A program made the position numbers and the translations under genes. A DNA stretch of 64,000 nt, from NCBI GenBank assembly GCA_036273335.1, contig DASUHT010000018.1, forward strand, positions 586 through 64,585, in the 5' to 3' direction. The DNA comes from Gaiellales bacterium. GTDB taxonomy: Bacteria; Actinomycetota; Thermoleophilia; Gaiellales; JAICJC01. Shown one piece after another: positions 51,994-61,223 of the stretch. Each line of letters opens with the position of its first letter. The stretch's first letter is position 1. The notes beneath the pieces are model-generated. The model had not been told where the DNA came from, did no database searches, and worked only from the letters and a program-made list of their open reading frames with translations.

Positions 51994-52631
51994 GTCCCAC
52001 CATCCTCGTCTTCCTGCTCTCCTTCGTCTGCGGCGTGCTCGTCGCGGCGGTCGTCGCATGGCGCCGGGAGCACCGGCGGGCCGACCGGCTGGAGGACGAG
52101 CTCGCCGAGGCGCTGCACGACGCCGCCCATCTGGAGCGCCGCGACGATGCCACCGGGCTCTTCAACAGCCGCTTCTTCGTCGAGGCGCTGACCCGCGAGA
52201 TCGAGCGGGCACGCACGTATGGGCGGCCGGTGTCGCTCGCCCTGGCAAGCGTCGACCAGGTCGCGATGGAGCCGCTCCTGCGCGACCTCGGTACCGCCAT
52301 CGGCGGGAGCGTGCGGGCGCTCGACATGGCCTGCCGGGTTGGCTCGAGCGAGTTCGGCGTGATCATGCCGGAGACCGACTCGCGGGCCGCGTCGGTCGCC
52401 TCCGAGCGGGTGCTGCGGGCAATCGCCCGCGCCGGTTCCAAGGACGGGTCGCATCCGCGGGCATCCGTCGGCATCGCCGCCTGCCCGGCACATGCCGAGA
52501 CGTTCGAGGAGCTGATCGAGCGGGCCGGGGCGGCGCTGCGAAGCGCCCGCCGGGCGGTCCGCGACGGCGCCGAGAGCAAGCCCGGCACCGTGACCGTCTC
52601 GATGGCCGTCTGGGACGAGGGCGACGACTAG
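51990..52631 (+). CDS. Membrane-anchored degenerate GGDEF-domain protein (GSSEF active-site motif, intact RxxD I-site)
   Basis: N-terminal TM span (ILVFLLSFVCGVLVAAVVAW). DATGLFNSRFF is the GGDEF N-terminal motif. RALDMACRVGSSEF aligns to RxxD-x5-GG[DE]EF. Confidence 0.75.
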   Translation: MSPTILVFLLSFVCGVLVAAVVAWRREHRRADRLEDELAEALHDAAHLERRDDATGLFNSRFFVEALTREIERARTYGRPVSLALASVDQVAMEPLLRDLGTAIGGSVRALDMACRVGSSEFGVIMPETDSRAASVASERVLRAIARAGSKDGSHPRASVGIAACPAHAETFEELIERAGAALRSARRAVRDGAESKPGTVTVSMAVWDEGDD

Positions 52632-52641
52632 CGGAACGGCG

Positions 52642-53283
52642 ATCGAGCCGCTTGCCGATGGTGTCTGGCGGTGGTCGGCTCGCCATCCGGAGTGGCACGG
52701 CAAAGGGTGGGCGAGCAAGGTCGAGTCGTTCGCGCTGCGTGCCCAGGGCGGCACCTTGCTGATCGATCCACTGCTGCTCGACGAGGCGGGCTGGGAGGCG
52801 CTGGACGCCGTCGTCGACGGCCCCGTCGAGACGCTCGTCACCATCCCCTACCACACGCGCAGCGCCGAGCAGGCGCGGCGCCGCTACGGCGGCTCGATAT
52901 GGGGCCACCGGGCGGTGGCCAGGCGGCTCGAGGATCCCGAGTCGCTTCGCGTCATCGCTCCCGGCGAGGAGCTTCCGGGCGGCGCCAGTGCGCACCGCAT
53001 CGGCAACCCGGTGCGCTACGAGATGCCGATCTTCGTGCCGGAGCTTCGAGCGCTTGTGTTCGGCGACGCGGTTGTCGGCACCGACGGCGGCCTCCGCGTG
53101 TGGACGCAGGGCCGCGTCACCGGCCGCCGGGGAGACTGGTACGAGCGGCGCCTGATCCCGAGCCTGCGACCGCTGCTCGACCTGGACGGCGAGCGGGTTC
53201 TCGTCACGCACGGGCCGTCGGTGCTCGGCGGCGGCCGCCGCGCCCTCGAGCGGGCGCTCGCGGCCGGCCCGTGGCCGGGGTGA
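52642..53283 (+). CDS. Hypothetical MBL-fold-like protein (paralogue of 29812-30414); start unresolved (first canonical start is TTG 52756)
   Basis: The frame is open from 52594. IEPLADGVWRWSARHPEWHGKGWASKVESFALRAQGGTLLIDP is a typical N-terminal beta-sandwich start but lies upstream of any ATG/GTG/TTG. Candidates are ATC 52642 and CTG 52735. Confidence 0.5.
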   Translation: MEPLADGVWRWSARHPEWHGKGWASKVESFALRAQGGTLLIDPLLLDEAGWEALDAVVDGPVETLVTIPYHTRSAEQARRRYGGSIWGHRAVARRLEDPESLRVIAPGEELPGGASAHRIGNPVRYEMPIFVPELRALVFGDAVVGTDGGLRVWTQGRVTGRRGDWYERRLIPSLRPLLDLDGERVLVTHGPSVLGGGRRALERALAAGPWPG

Positions 53284-53646
53284 TCAAGCGGAGCGGATCT
53301 CCGAGAAGTGGATGACCGTGACGGTGTCCGACTCGGACACCGGGCGGTTGTACAGCTGGCCGAGGAAGTGCACGAACTCGTCGATGTGTCGGATCTCCGG
53401 GTTGTCGTGCTGGATCTCCCGCGGCGAGACCTCCTCCAGCGGCTTCACCTCGACCTTGTCGATGACGGCGTCGAAGATCTTCTCGCGGACGCCAAAGCGC
53501 TGGCCCGCCAGGACCGCAACCACCTGGCCCTTCTTGTACTTCGTCGACTTGTCGCCGAGTCTGATGGTGGCCGTCTTGCGCCGGTGCCGGAGCTGGTCGG
53601 CCACCACCGGCGAGTAGAAGTTCAGGGCCAGCATCGCGGCCATCAT
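53284..53646 (-). CDS. ASCH-domain (PUA-like) protein
   Basis: ...RHRRKTATIRLGDKSTKYKKGQVV...DAVIDKVEVKPLEEVS... fits the ASCH fold pattern. GC content is visibly lower than in the neighbours. The true start may be the third ATG (MLALNF). Confidence 0.6.
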   Translation of the reverse strand: MMAAMLALNFYSPVVADQLRHRRKTATIRLGDKSTKYKKGQVVAVLAGQRFGVREKIFDAVIDKVEVKPLEEVSPREIQHDNPEIRHIDEFVHFLGQLYNRPVSESDTVTVIHFSEIRSA

Positions 53647-53702
53647 ACCGACCGTGCCGATGCCCGGTCCGGCGCCTGCATTTCGTCTAGCCTGGCCGGT
53701 CA

Positions 53703-54845
53703 GTGCGGCCGTCAGCGTCGATCGTCAAGCCCATTCTCTTCCTCGATCTCGCGCTGCTCTTCGCGATCGTGCCGTTGCTGCCCGCCTACCAGTCGTCCTT
53801 CGGCCTGACGAAGACCCAGGTCGGCCTGGTGGTCGCCGCCTACAGCGCCACGGTCGTCGTGGCGGCGGTGCCGGTGGGCCATCTGGCCGACCGCGTCGGT
53901 GCTCACCGGATGACCGTCTTCGGGGTCTGGCTGCTGGCCGCCTCGACGCTCGCGTTCGGCCTGGCCGGCGGCTTCTGGACGCTCACCCTGGCCCGGGCCG
54001 GCCAGGGTCTCAGCTCGAGCATCTCCTGGAGCGCCGGCCTGGCCTGGCTCTCGCACACGACCCCGCACCAGCGGCGCGGCCGGGCGATGGGCACGGCCAT
54101 GGCCTACGCCAGCTCGGGCGGTCTGCTGGGGCCGGTCTTCGGCGGCACGCTGGGCCATAGCTACGGAATCCGCGCCACCTTCGTCGTGCTCGCGGCGGCC
54201 GCCGCCGTCCTGGCGCTCCTCGCGGCCGCCGCGCCGGCCGGCGGGCGGCCGGACGTTGAGCAGCTCAGCATCCGCACCGCCGTCCGGCGGGCACTTGTCC
54301 GGGGGCCGCTGCTGACCGCGGTCGTGATCAGTGTGCTGGTCGCCGTCGTGTCGGGGACGCTGGAGACGCTGGTGCCGCTGCGGCTGGGGGTGGACGGCTA
54401 CTCGGTGCTCGCGATCACCGCAGTGCTGACCGCTGCCGGGGTGCTGGCGGTGATCACGAACTGGGTCGTCGGCCGCCTCTACGACCGGGTTGGCGGGATC
54501 CCGATTGCGCTCGCCGCGATCCTCGGCACGGCGGTCTGCCTGGGCCTGCTCGTGGGCGCGGGGTCGGGCGAGGCGGTGGCGGCCATCTACGTGGTCAGTG
54601 CACCGTTCATCTCCAGCCAGTACGCCGTCCAGTTCCCCATGGCCGCGGATGGCGCCGACCACGCCGCAATCGGCCAGTCGAGCGCGTTCGGGATGCTCAA
54701 CCTGAGCTGGGGCGTCGGCTTCGTGGTCGGACCGGCGGCCGGCGCCGCCCTCGCCAGTCTGACCGCGGACTGGGTCACGTATGCGCTCCTGCTCGTCCTC
54801 GCGCTGGTCGTCGCGGCCCGCCTGAATCGGTTGGCAGTCGCATAG
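53703..54845 (+). CDS. MFS transporter
   Basis: About 12 TM spans, with the GHLADRVGAHRM loop motif between TM2 and TM3. Confidence 0.85.
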   Translation: MRPSASIVKPILFLDLALLFAIVPLLPAYQSSFGLTKTQVGLVVAAYSATVVVAAVPVGHLADRVGAHRMTVFGVWLLAASTLAFGLAGGFWTLTLARAGQGLSSSISWSAGLAWLSHTTPHQRRGRAMGTAMAYASSGGLLGPVFGGTLGHSYGIRATFVVLAAAAAVLALLAAAAPAGGRPDVEQLSIRTAVRRALVRGPLLTAVVISVLVAVVSGTLETLVPLRLGVDGYSVLAITAVLTAAGVLAVITNWVVGRLYDRVGGIPIALAAILGTAVCLGLLVGAGSGEAVAAIYVVSAPFISSQYAVQFPMAADGADHAAIGQSSAFGMLNLSWGVGFVVGPAAGAALASLTADWVTYALLLVLALVVAARLNRLAVA

Positions 54846-54866
54846 CGAGAGTGCCGAGGTGGACGT

Positions 54867-54895
54867 TTGACTCCTCTCCGGGAGCGGGCTATCAT
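54867..54895 (+). promoter_or_regulatory. groESL promoter: TTGACT (54867-54872) - 17 nt - TATCAT (54890-54895)
   Basis: Hexamers and exact 17-nt spacing read directly. Confidence 0.7.
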
Positions 54896-54903
54896 GCACC
54901 CTG

Positions 54904-54930
54904 CTGGCACTCGGGGGTTAGGAGTGCCAA
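54904..54930 (+). promoter_or_regulatory. CIRCE operator (HrcA binding site): CTGGCACTC-N9-GAGTGCCAA
   Basis: Matches the consensus TTAGCACTC-N9-GAGTGCTAA at 15/18 positions. It lies just downstream of the -10 and upstream of groES. Confidence 0.8.
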
Positions 54931-54968
54931 CTTTCACAGAGACGTCCACGACCATCCAGGAGGAGCGC

Positions 54969-55277
54969 ATGGATCTGAAGCCCCTGGGCGACCGCGTCAT
55001 CGTCGAGGTTCTCGACGAGGAAGAGGTCACCTACAGCGGCATCGTCCTGCCGGACACGGCCAAGGAGAAGCCGCAACGCGGCAAGGTTCTGGCCGCCGGG
55101 CCCGGCAAGTACGAGGACGGCAAACTCGTCCCCCTCGACGTCAAGAAGGGCGACGAGATCATCTTTTCCAAGTACGGCGGCACCGAGATCAAGCTCTCCG
55201 GAGACGAGTACCTGATTCTCCGCGAGTCGGACATTCTCGCGAAGGTCGTCACCAGCAAGGTCGCGGCGAAGGCCTAG
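54969..55277 (+). CDS. groES: Co-chaperonin GroES
   Basis: [14 protein letters not shown]...[23 protein letters not shown]... AGGAGG RBS at 54957-54962. Confidence 0.95.
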   Translation: MDLKPLGDRVIVEVLDEEEVTYSGIVLPDTAKEKPQRGKVLAAGPGKYEDGKLVPLDVKKGDEIIFSKYGGTEIKLSGDEYLILRESDILAKVVTSKVAAKA

Positions 55278-55287
55278 GAGGATCTGA

Positions 55288-56907
<1,620 letters not shown>

Positions 56908-56911
56908 GTCG

Positions 56912-56937
56912 CATGGGGGGAGCAGGCTCCCCCCATG
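56912..56937 (+). terminator. Hairpin CATGGGGGGAG-CAGG-CTCCCCCCATG directly after the groEL stop
   Basis: 11-bp perfect stem read directly. No clear U-tract. Confidence 0.55.
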
Positions 56938-56971
56938 AACCCCCCACAGGGGGGCGCTCGGAAACGAAATC

Positions 56972-57000
56972 ACTGCGGGGGAGCTGAGCTCCCCCGCAGT
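56972..57000 (+). terminator. Hairpin ACTGCGGGGGAGC-TGA-GCTCCCCCGCAGT followed by TCGTTGT
   Basis: 13-bp perfect stem. It shares the GGGGGAGC/GCTCCCCC core with the first hairpin. Confidence 0.55.
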
Positions 57001-57012
57001 TCGTTGTGGGCA

Positions 57013-57043
57013 TGACTAAATGGTGCCTGGCACCTGGTAGTCA
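57013..57043. promoter_or_regulatory. 31-nt imperfect palindrome TGACTAaatGGTGCCtGGCACCtggTAGTCA, 16 nt upstream of the AlkA-like gene start
   Basis: 12 of 15 positions pair (6+6, with a 3-nt internal mismatch). Either a candidate operator or an RNA hairpin. Confidence 0.4.
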
Positions 57044-57058
57044 GATGTCACAGCGTCG

Positions 57059-57889
57059 GTGACGCCTCCGCCGCGGGTGCGTAGGATTCGGCGGGTGGTC
57101 GACTACCCGACCGACTACGACTTCGAACGCTCCACGTTCCGCTTCCGGCGCTTCGGCGACGACCTGGCCAGCCGCTGGATCGACGGCGGCCTGCACCGGG
57201 TTCTCCGGTCCAGACTGCCCGTCCGGATCACCGCGGCCGGCGTCGAAGCCTACGGCGAGCCCGGCCCCGGCGACGCGGCGGAGCTGCGCCATGTCCTGGG
57301 CTTCGAGTTCGACGCCGCCGGCCTGGCCGCCGCCCACCCTGACATCGCCGCGGTGGCGCCGGGCTTCCGGCCTCCGCTGATGGCCGATCCGTTCGAGATG
57401 CTCGTCACCTCGGTGACCGCGCAGCAGGTGTCCCTGCACTCCGCCTGCGCAATGCGCAATCGCCTGGTGCGGCGCTTCGGCCGGCCCGTCGCCGCTGAAG
57501 GCCGGGAGTGGTGGGCGTTCCCGCGGCCGGCCGATATCGATCCCGACCACCTGGACGGCCTCGGGCTGTCGGGAAGCAAGATTCGCTCGATTCGGGCACT
57601 GGTCGCCGCCGACCTCGACCTGGCCGGCGCCGCCGACTCGGCGATCCGGGAACGGTTGACCGCGCTGCCCGGCATTGGGCCCTGGACGGTCGACTGGTTC
57701 CTCGCCCGCTGCCTGGGCCGCCCCGACGCCTTCGCGCCCGGCGACCTCGGTGTGCGCAAGGCGGTTGCCCGCTGGTACTCGGGCGGGGCCGACCCGATCT
57801 GGCCGGAGCAGCGAGTGCGCGACGCCTGCACGCCGCTCGGCCGCCACGCCAACCTGGCCGTGCATCACCTGCTCACGCTGCTCGCCTGA
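57059..57889 (+). CDS. DNA-3-methyladenine glycosylase II (AlkA-like, HhH-GPD superfamily)
   Basis: FEMLVTSVTAQQVSLHSA, the HhH motif LPGIGPWTVDWFL, and the catalytic Asp context APGDLGVRK. Confidence 0.8.
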   Translation: MTPPPRVRRIRRVVDYPTDYDFERSTFRFRRFGDDLASRWIDGGLHRVLRSRLPVRITAAGVEAYGEPGPGDAAELRHVLGFEFDAAGLAAAHPDIAAVAPGFRPPLMADPFEMLVTSVTAQQVSLHSACAMRNRLVRRFGRPVAAEGREWWAFPRPADIDPDHLDGLGLSGSKIRSIRALVAADLDLAGAADSAIRERLTALPGIGPWTVDWFLARCLGRPDAFAPGDLGVRKAVARWYSGGADPIWPEQRVRDACTPLGRHANLAVHHLLTLLA

Positions 57890-57916
57890 GACCCGGCGGG
57901 ATACGCTTTCGGGGCG

Positions 57917-59074
57917 ATGGCAGTCAAGACGCCGCCCGCCGTCCAGCCCGCCCCGGCCGCGCCCTCGGCGGTCCGTCGCGTCCTCATCGACTACCGCTAC
58001 CCACTGGCCGTGTTCGCCGCCAGCCGGATCGGCGTCTACCTGCTCTTCGCCATCGTGGGCTGGACGCACCGGCGCCCACGCTACTCGGGGCTGACCTACC
58101 GGGCGCTCTTCGCCCCGCTCGACCAGTGGGACGCCGTCTGGTACCACTGGGTGCTCCGACACGGCTACGACCCGTCGATTGCCCACGGGAACGTGGCCGC
58201 GTTCTTCCCCCTGTGGCCGCTGGCCTGGCACGCGGTGGCCTGGATCCCGATACCCGTCTACCTCGCCGGGAGCCTGCTCTCGACCGCGTTCTTCGGCGCC
58301 GCCCTGTGCCTGCTCTACCGGATCACGCAGGGCCGATTCGACGAGGGGATGGCCCGCCGCACCGTCCTCTTCATCGCCATCTGGCCGCTCAGCTTCGTCT
58401 TCTCGATGCCCTACTCGGAGAGCCTCTACCTGCTCCTCTCATTGGCGGCGTTCGCACTCACCTGGCACGGCCGCTGGTGGTACGGGTCGACGGCCGGCGC
58501 GCTGGCGGTGCTCGCCCGGCCGGTCGGCATCGCGCTCGTGCCGGCGTTCGCCTGGCGGATCTACCGGGAGCGCCGGTTCGCCTGGCGGGCCTATCTGCCG
58601 CTGCTCCTGATGGTCGCCGCCGAGCTCGGCTTCTTCGTCTACCTGGGCTGGCGCACCGGCGACTACCTGGGCAACACCGACGCCCAGCACCGCGGCTGGG
58701 GGCGCGGCTTCGTGCCGCTGCCGATCGAGGTGGGCCGGGCGATCTGGTACGACGTCATCCAGAACGGCCTCTTGCGCTCACTGGCCGACACCAGCTTCAC
58801 GCTGCTCTGGTGCTACCTGTGGTACCGGGCCTGGCGGGTCCTGCGGCTGCCGGGGGAGTACCTGATCTACGCCGCCCTGATCATCCTGCTGCCGTCGAGC
58901 GGCGGCTCGCTGCTCTCGATGGGCCGGATGGGCATGGTCGGCTTCCCGCTCTTCTGGGCGCTGGCCGAGTGGGCGGGCGACGAGCGCGTGGACACGCTGG
59001 TCAAGGTGATCTCGCCGGCGCTCCTGGCGATGCTGATGTTCCTCGCCTTCGGTACCCGCACATTCGTCCCCTGA
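57917..59074 (+). CDS. Polytopic membrane protein, PIG-V/mannosyltransferase-like (function tentative)
   Basis: ...FAPLDQWDAVWYHWVLRHGYD...AFFPLWPL... resembles GPI-mannosyltransferase-2-type bacterial glycosyltransferases. About 9 TM spans. Confidence 0.5.
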   Translation: MAVKTPPAVQPAPAAPSAVRRVLIDYRYPLAVFAASRIGVYLLFAIVGWTHRRPRYSGLTYRALFAPLDQWDAVWYHWVLRHGYDPSIAHGNVAAFFPLWPLAWHAVAWIPIPVYLAGSLLSTAFFGAALCLLYRITQGRFDEGMARRTVLFIAIWPLSFVFSMPYSESLYLLLSLAAFALTWHGRWWYGSTAGALAVLARPVGIALVPAFAWRIYRERRFAWRAYLPLLLMVAAELGFFVYLGWRTGDYLGNTDAQHRGWGRGFVPLPIEVGRAIWYDVIQNGLLRSLADTSFTLLWCYLWYRAWRVLRLPGEYLIYAALIILLPSSGGSLLSMGRMGMVGFPLFWALAEWAGDERVDTLVKVISPALLAMLMFLAFGTRTFVP

Positions 59075-59081
59075 TCGGCGC

Positions 59082-61223
59082 TCAGCGCAGGTTCTGGAAG
59101 ACCAGGAAGCGGCCCTCATCGGGAGGCGTCGGCGGGTCGAGGTGGACGGCGCGAAGCGTTGGGTCGGCGCGCAGCGCGGCGACGGTGCGCGGCGAGGTCG
59201 TCTTGAGGTCGATCACCACGTAGTTCACCCCGTAGCGCTGGAGGATGGCCCGCCGCGTCGGCTCCCGGGTGGTCGGGTCGAGGAAGAGCGTTACCGCCAT
59301 CCGCCGCGCCTCGGGGTTGTCCAGCGGGTTGGCCCGCGTGTGCTGGGGGGTGATCGCGACGGCGTAGACGTCGGTCAGGCCGACCAGCTGGTAGGCGATG
59401 CCGGTGTACCAGTCGGCGGCGGTCGACTTCCACGGCGCCAGGACGACCGGCAGGGAGCTGTCGTGGGCGCGGAGGAACGCCACCAGCTGCGGCGAGGTCT
59501 GGTTGAAGAGGTGCTGCTGGCGGGCGCCGTGCAGAATGTCGGTGCCCACCCGGCCGCCGTAGTCGTCCCATGGGCCGGCCGCCAGCGCGACCAGCAGAAG
59601 GAGGACGACGAGGCCGTTTGCCCGCACGGTCCCCGGCGGCGCCAGCGGGCCGCGTCGGCGCAGCTGCAAAAGCAGGGCGACCGCTCCCCAGACGGCCATC
59701 GCGGCGACCAGCAGGTTGGTGAACGAGAAGGCGCCGCCGCTCGAGAACCAGACCGGGATCGGGCATGCGTCCGCCGTCCGCATGGCATCGCCCCACAACC
59801 AGCCGCGGTACTCCAGCAGGCGCGAGGCGACCAACACCGCCACGACGACGGCGGCGATCCGCCAGCCGCGCAGGCGGGCGGCGACCACCACGATGGCGAT
59901 TCCGGTGACCGCCTCCCAGGGAATCCCCTCCCACAGCCGGCTCGTCTGGCCGACGCCGATCAGCTGGGTCAGAAGGGCCCCCATCCCGGGCAGCGAGACA
60001 AGCGCGAGCGAGCCGGCGAAGAGGGCTCCAGGCACCACCAGCCGGCGGCAGCGCATGAGGAGCAGCGGCGCCGTCACCAGCGCCACCAGGAAGCCCATCC
60101 GGTGCTGCATCACCTGCTTGCCGGAGAGCGAGATCACGTGCCCGTGCCAGATCATGAACTCGTCGCTGGTGAGCGGGACGGTGGCTGCTCGGTGGCCGCC
60201 GCGGATCGCGACCAGCCAGATGAAGGCGACCACCAGGGCGGTGCCGACGATCCCGCCGGCCAGCACCCGCCAGGCGCGTCGCTGGACGATCACCAGCGCC
60301 ACCAGGAGCGCCACGTAGGGGATGGCGTAGGTGGGGTGCAGGATGGCCACCAGGACGGCGCTGGCTACCGTCGCCCAGGCGACCAGCCGGTCGTCGGGGT
60401 CGCGCGCCACCTCCACCATCAGTGCCGTCGACGCCGGGATCGCCACCAGGAATGTGAAGAAGCCGGGCTGGTTCAGGAGGCCCAGCTCGTTGCGCGACAT
60501 GACATCCCAGATCGCCAGGACGACCGCCAGCCAGCCGACCTGCGGTCCGGCCAGCGCCCGCCCGCCGGCGTAGAGCGCCGGCACCAGCATGAACGCGAAC
60601 GCCGGCACCATGTCCGGGTATCCGGTGGACGCGTCGATCGCCGTCAGCTTGCAGGCGCCGGCGGCGACCGCGTGCAGCAGCGGGAACGTGTAGCCGGCGT
60701 GCGGGTGCCCATGCGAGAGCGGCGAGAGAGCGCTCAGCGACAGGCTTGGCAGTGCCAGCAGCTTGCGGATGACTCCCGCATGGAAGAGCGCATCCCCCAT
60801 CAGCTGGGGCTGCCACTGCAGGCTGGCCAGCGCGAGCAGGAGGGCGGCTCCGCCGATCAGCCAGATCTCCCGTCGCGGCCGGATGAACCACGTTCCGAGC
60901 GGCGACATCGCGAGCGCAGCCGCCGTGCACACGAAGACGGCCGCGGTCACCCAGCCGAACGAGAGCCCCGTGATGAGGCCGAGGGCGAGCGGCACACTCC
61001 AGGCGGCCAGGCCGGCCAGCGGCAGCACTCCCCACGAGGTGACCGCACCCAGCCGTGTCCGCAGCCCGGTGACGCACAGGAGCGCCCACCCCGGAAGCCC
61101 CATCGAGACGGCCAGTCCGATGCAGATCGCGAGCTCCGCCGGCAGCAGCCAGCCGGCGAGGCGGGCGATGACCAGCGCCGCCACCACCCACCCGACCGCC
61201 ACCGGTGCCCGGGCGAGTGTCAT
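59082..61223 (-). CDS. Large (713 aa) polytopic membrane protein with C-terminal soluble domain; function unknown
   Basis: ATG 61223 forms an ATGA overlap with the M20 peptidase stop. More than 12 hydrophobic spans are followed by a ~170-aa hydrophilic tail. Confidence 0.6.
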   Translation of the reverse strand: MTLARAPVAVGWVVAALVIARLAGWLLPAELAICIGLAVSMGLPGWALLCVTGLRTRLGAVTSWGVLPLAGLAAWSVPLALGLITGLSFGWVTAAVFVCTAAALAMSPLGTWFIRPRREIWLIGGAALLLALASLQWQPQLMGDALFHAGVIRKLLALPSLSLSALSPLSHGHPHAGYTFPLLHAVAAGACKLTAIDASTGYPDMVPAFAFMLVPALYAGGRALAGPQVGWLAVVLAIWDVMSRNELGLLNQPGFFTFLVAIPASTALMVEVARDPDDRLVAWATVASAVLVAILHPTYAIPYVALLVALVIVQRRAWRVLAGGIVGTALVVAFIWLVAIRGGHRAATVPLTSDEFMIWHGHVISLSGKQVMQHRMGFLVALVTAPLLLMRCRRLVVPGALFAGSLALVSLPGMGALLTQLIGVGQTSRLWEGIPWEAVTGIAIVVVAARLRGWRIAAVVVAVLVASRLLEYRGWLWGDAMRTADACPIPVWFSSGGAFSFTNLLVAAMAVWGAVALLLQLRRRGPLAPPGTVRANGLVVLLLLVALAAGPWDDYGGRVGTDILHGARQQHLFNQTSPQLVAFLRAHDSSLPVVLAPWKSTAADWYTGIAYQLVGLTDVYAVAITPQHTRANPLDNPEARRMAVTLFLDPTTREPTRRAILQRYGVNYVVIDLKTTSPRTVAALRADPTLRAVHLDPPTPPDEGRFLVFQNLR

